Origin: a virus
Length of the DNA stretch: 64,000 nucleotides
Direction: 5' to 3' (one strand)
Virus record (IMG/VR): IMGVR_UViG_3300024274_000264
Shown: one piece after another, positions 58,848 through 64,000 of the stretch
Position numbering within the stretch: position 1 is the stretch's first letter
Layout of the letters: each line of letters starts with the position of its first letter
The notes under the pieces: model-generated
Told to the model about the DNA's origin: nothing
The model's input: the letters and a program-made list of their open reading frames with translations, nothing else
Databases searched by the model: none
Program-made: the position numbers and the translations under genes

Positions 58848-59557
58848 TATTTGTCCATAACCGACGAGGATGAGAAACCTGAGTCAATTAAAACAAGTCT
58901 ATTGTCACTTGTTACCCCATAGTGATCTAAGCTTAAAAGATCGCCAATTAAGAGATCAGCTTGAGAGACAATAAATATTATTTTGTCAATAAACTCTGGA
59001 ACTTCTCTTACTTCATCATCTTCGTTTATTATTGGGTCTTCGTTCTCGTCTGCTCGCCACTTTTCATATTCTGTTTTTGAGGAAAATCGACCTTGGTTTA
59101 GGTCGCTAAAGTTAACACTTTCTCCAGAAAGAGGTTCGTAAATATGATTTTTATATGCTGCATAAAATTGTCCTAGTTCGGATTCAAATTCTTCCCAAGG
59201 CAATCCAGCTAAAGATTCAAAATCAGATGATGAAGCAGGGCGAGCGTATTCAGAAACCAGATATGACAATCCTTTTCCAACTTCAAATATCTCTGGTACA
59301 AGCTCCTCCATATTATTTGATTCAAGTGCCTCATACGCCAATTTTTCGCTTTGATTTTGGGATAAACCAAATTTTTCTTTTGCAAATTTTATAACTTTTC
59401 CATCGCCAAGATCAAAAACTATTCTACCTTCTCCTTCTCCAAGTTTTTTCAATTTGGATATTGCATAATCAATTCTTTCTTTTTGAGTTTTGAAAGTTTT
59501 TAATGTTGCAAAAAATTCTTCTAAGCTATCTGATTCGAATATAAACGTTTTTAACAT
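58844..59557 (-). CDS. FIFES-leader protein kinase-like protein
   Basis: MLKTFIFES; LGEGEGRIVF, VIKFA, N..E, GDL...HYG, LVLIDSGF. Confidence 0.7.
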   Translation of the reverse strand: MLKTFIFESDSLEEFFATLKTFKTQKERIDYAISKLKKLGEGEGRIVFDLGDGKVIKFAKEKFGLSQNQSEKLAYEALESNNMEELVPEIFEVGKGLSYLVSEYARPASSSDFESLAGLPWEEFESELGQFYAAYKNHIYEPLSGESVNFSDLNQGRFSSKTEYEKWRADENEDPIINEDDEVREVPEFIDKIIFIVSQADLLIGDLLSLDHYGVTSDNRLVLIDSGFSSSSVMDKY

Positions 59558-59634
59558 TTTATCACCAAATTAATTAGCAATTTAAAAAGTTTTTATTTCG
59601 CCTTTACAGTTGTAACTTGCGCCACTAACATAAA

Positions 59635-60456
59635 GTGGTTATGTCCAACAAAACCCAAGTGTCTGATGAGTATTTGGAGGAATTATATTTAGACATGTAT
59701 AATACGCCAATTCTAGATTTATACGAAGAATTAAAAGAACTAGAACTTCTTCCAGATACTAATTTTTGGTGTTGTCGAGAAAATCAAAGAATACTTGATT
59801 TCAAAGAATCTTTAATTTGTTCGCACTGGGATAAGAGAGGGGCCAAGATCACAAAATTTAAACTTTTTTACTTTGTAAAACATAAAAATGAGCTTGAGAT
59901 TATTAACACACTTATATATGAATACTCGTTTTATTTTAAAAAGTTTTTCAATTATGGAAAATATTCGCAATTTTCATTTAATTCGTCCTACGATACTAAT
60001 CAAAAGGACCATAATCCTTTCTATATAGAATGGAGTAATTATTACTATGAAGATCGTTCAATAAATGAACGAACTTATATGGATACACTTTTTTCTGAAA
60101 TTGGAAAGTCTTATTGTAATGACCCATACTTTTTTTCAGATTCAGAAAATAGAAAAAACAAAAAGACTCATGCAAAGACAAAAAAAGTAATAAGAAATAA
60201 CGAAACAAAAGAATTTGTTTACGATTATGAAGAAGTTTGGGATCTATATGAAAAACATATGGAATATATTTTATCAATTAGAAAAATTCTAGAGTCTATT
60301 TATTCTAGACTTGCATTTGTTGAGTATTCTTACAAAATCAAAAAAAATGAAATTGCAGATGATATTTTAATTTATCGTTTGCAGTTGTTAAATGATGGTT
60401 TTAGAAGTTTTAAAGGCTTAATACTGGATGACTGGATCTCATTTTTAAATGAGTGA
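59635..60456 (+). CDS. hypothetical protein
   Basis: ORF. Confidence 0.5.
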   Translation: MVMSNKTQVSDEYLEELYLDMYNTPILDLYEELKELELLPDTNFWCCRENQRILDFKESLICSHWDKRGAKITKFKLFYFVKHKNELEIINTLIYEYSFYFKKFFNYGKYSQFSFNSSYDTNQKDHNPFYIEWSNYYYEDRSINERTYMDTLFSEIGKSYCNDPYFFSDSENRKNKKTHAKTKKVIRNNETKEFVYDYEEVWDLYEKHMEYILSIRKILESIYSRLAFVEYSYKIKKNEIADDILIYRLQLLNDGFRSFKGLILDDWISFLNE

Positions 60457-61080
60457 AAGTCTTTTCAACATTAAAGATTCATAAACTTTTTTGAATTTTT
60501 TTGTTTCAGCAATGTGACGTTTTAACAAGTGCTGTAAGTCTGCCACTAAATCAGGGATAGAATCATAATCTTCGTATAGTCCATTAAATACGACTCCCGT
60601 TTCCCAACCATCTGACATTGGTCTCGCTAATATTTCTCCACTAGCATAAATCCCTATCCAAAATGACTCATTTGTTATTTCTGGTAGCGTTACAACAACT
60701 TCTGCTATGGTGTCTTCTTCTTCTTTGTAATTTGTAATATCTTCTACGTTATCTCCACCAAATTGATGAATTAATTCTTCGCCAAAGTTTTCGAGAAAAT
60801 CTTCAAATTCCATATTCATAGATTCATTAAGTTTAGAAAAAAATGAATTAATATCATTTCGTTTCGTTTTAATTTTTTCGGCTAACAGTTGATCTTGAGT
60901 TCCTGTTAGTCCTAATGATGAGACTGTCGCAGCTTCGTTCTTTTCTTTTTTGTTTTTATTGTAAATTGACCAAGCGATAGCAAACGGACGTTCAGAAGTC
61001 TCGCCATACTTCTTTTTTAAATTCAAAACCAGCTTTTCATATTTTTTGCCAGGAGGTGCTTTCTCGAAAAGTTTTTTCAT
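60445..61080 (-). CDS. hypothetical, probable internal head protein
   Basis: MKKLFEKAPPG..., PFAIAWS, repeated L/V-x-E-S sites. Confidence 0.55.
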   Translation of the reverse strand: MKKLFEKAPPGKKYEKLVLNLKKKYGETSERPFAIAWSIYNKNKKEKNEAATVSSLGLTGTQDQLLAEKIKTKRNDINSFFSKLNESMNMEFEDFLENFGEELIHQFGGDNVEDITNYKEEEDTIAEVVVTLPEITNESFWIGIYASGEILARPMSDGWETGVVFNGLYEDYDSIPDLVADLQHLLKRHIAETKKFKKVYESLMLKRLSLI

Positions 61081-61092
61081 GTTTTTAACTAC

Positions 61093-61128
61093 AAATATCA
61101 AAAAGAAATTGACAAAATATCAAAAAGA
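61093..61128 (+). promoter_or_regulatory. 14-bp direct repeat flanking a TTGACA box
   Basis: AAATATCAAAAAGA at 61093-61106 and 61115-61128 around TTGACA 61109-61114. Confidence 0.55.
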
Positions 61129-61151
61129 TACAACTATGTAAGCTTACAATA

Positions 61152-63248
61152 ATGTTCGAATATGAGCTTTTATCTTTAGAAAAAGAAAAAAATGAAAAAC
61201 AATATCCAAATTTTGAAGAGTCATCCAAAGCAGATGACATTGAAAGAAAAAAAATATTTCAATATTCGACAGGTAAGAAATATAAACTTTCATTTAATGA
61301 AAATGAATTAAAATTTCCAACTAAAATAAATATCGGAAAAAATTTGGCAGAATTTACAAGTCCAGAACTGACTACATTTAGTTGTTCGTGTAAGGAATTT
61401 ACATTAGATGAATTAAATTACTGTGAGCACATAGCTGTTTTACAAAGATTGTTCAAGTATTATAATAAAGAACCATTTGTACAAGCATTAGTTAAACAAA
61501 ATAAAGTTCAAAAAGAAAAAACTAATATTAAAACATTCGTTCACTACGATTACTGCAAAGAACAGTTTGTTGTTTCTGGGAAAAATCATAAAGAAGAAAC
61601 GCTACTTTTGTTGAAAGATTTTTCAAAAGAACATAAAGAGCTTTTACTTGAAAATTTTGAATTGTTAGAAACACACATCACCCCAGTTGGAGTTTCTAAA
61701 CTAGAATCAGAATTAAAAATAGAAAAGCTGGATAAAATAAATCGATTTTATCATGAAAAAGAAAAACTTTCAAAGTCTAACTTAAGAGCCAAACTCGAAA
61801 ATCTAATTCCAAATATTTCTTTATTTGATTATCAAAAAGAAATATTTATTGATTGTTTTGCCGCGAAAAAATCAATTGTTGCATTGCCCGCAGGTGGCGG
61901 CAAAACACTAACTTCAATTTCTTTATTCAAATATATGCATGATTTAAATAATGAATTTACGATGTTTGTAATTGTTCCAAACACTCTTAAACAACAATGG
62001 GTTAGAGAAATTAAACGTTTTACAGGATTAGATGCTATTATTTTGGGCTCACAAAAAGAAATAAAAGCTTGGGATGGTAAACAAATAGCAATAATAAACT
62101 ATCATATGATGACAAGATATATTGATGATTTGGTCGGAGAAGGAAAAAAAACAAGAAGAATAGCGGATATGCTAATTGTTGATGAGTTGCAAACTGTAAA
62201 AAATAGCGAAACGAAAACATGGAAAGCTATTAAAAAATTAACTTCTGATTTTTTTCTTGGTCTTTCTGGTACAATTATTGAAAATAGATTAGATGATTTA
62301 TACAACACAATGCAAATTGTCGACGAGAATATTTTAGGTCCAAAATGGAAATTTGATAGAGATTTTCAAAGAGTAATCGCGGCAACGAAGCACAAAATAA
62401 CTTATAATGGAATCAAGAACATAAGTCTTTTACATAAAAAAATTCAACACTGTGTGTTTTCAATTTCCGAAGAAGAATTGAGAAAGAAATTGCCACCAAT
62501 AACAGAAAACACTGTTTATATAAAGCTTTCTCAAGAACAACAAGAAATAGAAAAAAACTATAGAGCAATGGCAGATAACTTACTAAAAAAAGGAATGCAA
62601 AAACCTCTAAGACCTCACGAACAGATTCTTTTAAATGCTTATCTATTAAAAGCAAGACAGGCATGTACCGCATCAGAGTTGTTGGATAAAACTCAAAAAA
62701 ATTATTTCGAACCTAAGATAGAAGAAGTAAAAAAACTAATAGAAAAACATTGCGTTCAAAACAACGAAAAATTAGTTCTGTTTTCAGAGTGGACTGAAAT
62801 GCTTTCAATCATCGAAAGAATGATTAAATCCGAGTTCAAAGCAATAAATCATGTTATATATTCTGGTGATGTTCCAACAAAACAACGTCCTAAGCTTGTT
62901 GAACAGTTTAAAACAGATCCAGACACAAAAATATTTCTTTCATCTGACGCGGGCGGAACTGGTCTGGATGGGTTGCAATTGGTAAGTAATGTAGTGATTC
63001 ATACAGAAATACCGTGGAATCCAGCTAAAATAGATCAACGGAACGCCAGATTACATAGAACACTGCAAACAAAGCCAGTTTTTTGTTATTATATAGTTGC
63101 CGATTCGGGTACAGAATTTAAAATGCAGGATAAGATAATGCAAAAAAGAGAAATTAGAAAACTTGCTTTAAACATTGATCGTTCAGGAGAGCAAACAGTA
63201 ATGAAAATCTCAGAGTTGAAAGATATACTAGAGGAAAACAATGAATAG
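61152..63248 (+). CDS. SWIM zinc finger plus SNF2-family helicase
   Basis: CSC..F.....CEH, YQ, GGGKT, VDE.Q, LSGT, FSEW, GTGLD, WNP...QR.ARLHR. Confidence 0.88.
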   Translation: MFEYELLSLEKEKNEKQYPNFEESSKADDIERKKIFQYSTGKKYKLSFNENELKFPTKINIGKNLAEFTSPELTTFSCSCKEFTLDELNYCEHIAVLQRLFKYYNKEPFVQALVKQNKVQKEKTNIKTFVHYDYCKEQFVVSGKNHKEETLLLLKDFSKEHKELLLENFELLETHITPVGVSKLESELKIEKLDKINRFYHEKEKLSKSNLRAKLENLIPNISLFDYQKEIFIDCFAAKKSIVALPAGGGKTLTSISLFKYMHDLNNEFTMFVIVPNTLKQQWVREIKRFTGLDAIILGSQKEIKAWDGKQIAIINYHMMTRYIDDLVGEGKKTRRIADMLIVDELQTVKNSETKTWKAIKKLTSDFFLGLSGTIIENRLDDLYNTMQIVDENILGPKWKFDRDFQRVIAATKHKITYNGIKNISLLHKKIQHCVFSISEEELRKKLPPITENTVYIKLSQEQQEIEKNYRAMADNLLKKGMQKPLRPHEQILLNAYLLKARQACTASELLDKTQKNYFEPKIEEVKKLIEKHCVQNNEKLVLFSEWTEMLSIIERMIKSEFKAINHVIYSGDVPTKQRPKLVEQFKTDPDTKIFLSSDAGGTGLDGLQLVSNVVIHTEIPWNPAKIDQRNARLHRTLQTKPVFCYYIVADSGTEFKMQDKIMQKREIRKLALNIDRSGEQTVMKISELKDILEENNE

Positions 63249-63735
63249 AGTTTCAAACAAACCACTTAGTTTTAAACAAATAAAAGGAAAAGTTGGTAAA
63301 AAAATAGATACAACAAATTTTAAACTTTCGGACTATCAAGGAAAAATAGATTTAATGAAAGAAGTTTGCAAAAACTATAAAGGAATAGGTTTGGCTTCTG
63401 TTCAAATTGGACTAGAAGAACATCTTTTTATTGCTAAAAGAGAAAAAGATAAAGAATTTGAGGTTTTTTTCAACGCCGAGATTGTTTCGACTTCTAATCA
63501 ACAAATTATTATAACTGAGGGCTGTTTGTCCATACCCAAAACATTTCTTCCTGTTAAAAGATATTCGAAAATAGATATTAGATATTTTAATGGCGAAAAA
63601 GAAATTGTAGAAGAATTAGACGAAGATTTTTCTATTATAGTTCAACACGAACTTTCTCATCTGGAAGGAAAAACTTTGTTTGATTTAACAACAATTAACA
63701 GAGAAGAAAAAAGAGCAATTTTAAAAAGATTATAG
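63241..63735 (+). CDS. def: peptide deformylase
   Basis: GIGLAS.QIG, EGCLSIP, QHELSHLEG. Confidence 0.95.
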   Translation: MNRVSNKPLSFKQIKGKVGKKIDTTNFKLSDYQGKIDLMKEVCKNYKGIGLASVQIGLEEHLFIAKREKDKEFEVFFNAEIVSTSNQQIIITEGCLSIPKTFLPVKRYSKIDIRYFNGEKEIVEELDEDFSIIVQHELSHLEGKTLFDLTTINREEKRAILKRL

Positions 63736-63757
63736 TCTAATATTTGTTAGAGCAATC

Positions 63758-64000
63758 ATGAATTTGTTTAATTTAATTTTTGAATCTCTTTCTCCTAATT
63801 TTCAATTACTCAATATTGAAAATTCTAGTCAGGATGATTTCGAAATTGAACTTCCAAATGGAGAAGAGGTTCTTTCATCTGAGCTACAAGAACAGTTGGA
63901 AATAATCTTCAAAAATTCTGGCGTGCATATTATGAGTGTTGAAAACCCATATGAAGTTATAATTGATAAGAACGGTACTGTGCTTGGTGGGTCTGTTATA
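63758..64000 (+). CDS. LIFES-leader protein (3' truncated by window)
   Basis: Open frame MNLFNLIFESLSPNF... runs to the window end. Confidence 0.55.
   Translation, partial: MNLFNLIFESLSPNFQLLNIENSSQDDFEIELPNGEEVLSSELQEQLEIIFKNSGVHIMSVENPYEVIIDKNGTVLGGSVI

Noticed and set aside
1-64000. Stop-codon reassignment as the cause of the fragmented genes
   Set aside because: Conserved genes are full length in the standard code and end in TAA, TAG or TGA; the breaks coincide with intein block boundaries
1-64000. tRNA or rRNA genes
   Set aside because: No cloverleaf with T-loop/D-loop consensus seen in the short intergenic gaps; a tRNAscan-SE run would confirm

Overview
AT-rich, densely coding, mostly + strand segment of a large (jumbo-type) dsDNA phage genome, read in the standard genetic code. 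It contains four blocks: (1) a replication/nucleotide block (GuaB fragment, Cas4-like exonuclease, short PolA-like protein, SSB, RecA, dUTPase, 5'-3' exonuclease, DnaB-like helicase, NrdJ, ThyA, DHFR); (2) an accessory block (HDAC, GNAT, KTSC proteins, a tandem paralogue family, S8 protease); (3) a large nucleotide-sugar/glycosyltransferase/FkbM methyltransferase cluster; (4) translation helpers (Def, Map, Pth2). The standout is the replicative polymerase DnaE. It is encoded as four separate genes spread over about 21.8 kb, and the sequence implies assembly by three distinct split inteins plus one cis mini-intein. The first break has about 15.6 kb and roughly 30 unrelated genes inside it. RecA is also fractured by an atypical split intein (17-aa IntN; IntC fused behind a Vsr-like endonuclease). 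The same endonuclease family sits in a broken RNA ligase gene and survives as a remnant between two DnaE pieces. Scattered, mostly minus-strand genes share an N-terminal 'FIFES/LIFES' leader resembling a capsid-targeting sequence and include kinase-like and ADP-ribosyltransferase-like proteins. All family assignments come from motif recognition by eye; no database searches were run.
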